From: Nemertoderma westbladi
Taxonomy: Eukaryota; Animalia; Xenacoelomorpha
Reading direction: 5' to 3'
Length of the DNA: 64,000 bases
NCBI GenBank assembly: GCA_032718475.1
Contig: JAUCBJ010000412.1
Location: 37,414 to 101,413, forward strand
This document shows positions 63,810 to 64,000 of the stretch, one piece after another. Positions within the stretch are counted from its first letter, which is position 1; every line of letters begins with the position of its first letter. A program made the position numbers and the translations under genes. The notes under the pieces were generated by a model. It had not been told where the DNA came from, did not search any database, and saw only the letters and a program-made list of their open reading frames with translations.

Positions 63810-64000
63810 TAAGGACACCCATTATGGGTGTCCACCATGCTATTTCCTCCATTAGTCTGCCAACGGTGTTAGGACAATTGCGACCCGGACAATTGCGACC
63901 CGATCAAAAATAAAATAGTTATACAACATTATATAGATTTCAAATATATTATATCAATAGCTAGTAAAAAAATAATGCATGAACCATGTGGGGCGAGCCA

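Noticed and set aside
1-64000. Hammerhead ribozymes or retrozymes
   Set aside because: CTGAnGA occurrences checked by eye lack a stem II followed by GAAA. A covariance-model search would be needed to exclude them fully.

Overview
Repeat-rich, AT-rich animal (probably invertebrate) genomic DNA, not prokaryotic. Host genes: a two-exon EHD1/Past1-type ATPase (16914-20430 +), an intronless divergent KChIP/calsenilin-like gene (57029-57850 -), the first three exons of an astacin metalloprotease (60346-63010 +), an unannotated four-exon ~218-aa gene (36982-41845 -) that the ORF track captures only in part, and a possible small membrane-protein ORF. Mobile DNA: the 3' half of a BEL/Pao LTR retrotransposon, a second BEL integrase fragment inside a MULE-like TIR element, a full-length intact CR1/L2-group LINE inserted in a 37-bp satellite, a KDZ-like transposase remnant, and many MITEs and LINE fragments. 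Two observations stand out. (1) The BEL element carries a ~1214-codon accessory ORF in the env position, encoding a DEDDy 3'-5' exonuclease-like domain and three CCHC knuckles, and the region is studded with four stem-loops sharing the palindrome CAAACC(C/T)G(C/T)GGGTTTG. (2) A ~3-kb satellite is a ~59-fold tandem amplification of a gene's own 3' splice site plus exon start; it fills almost the whole intron with AG|GT decoy acceptors. All family assignments come from motif recognition by eye, with no database searches.
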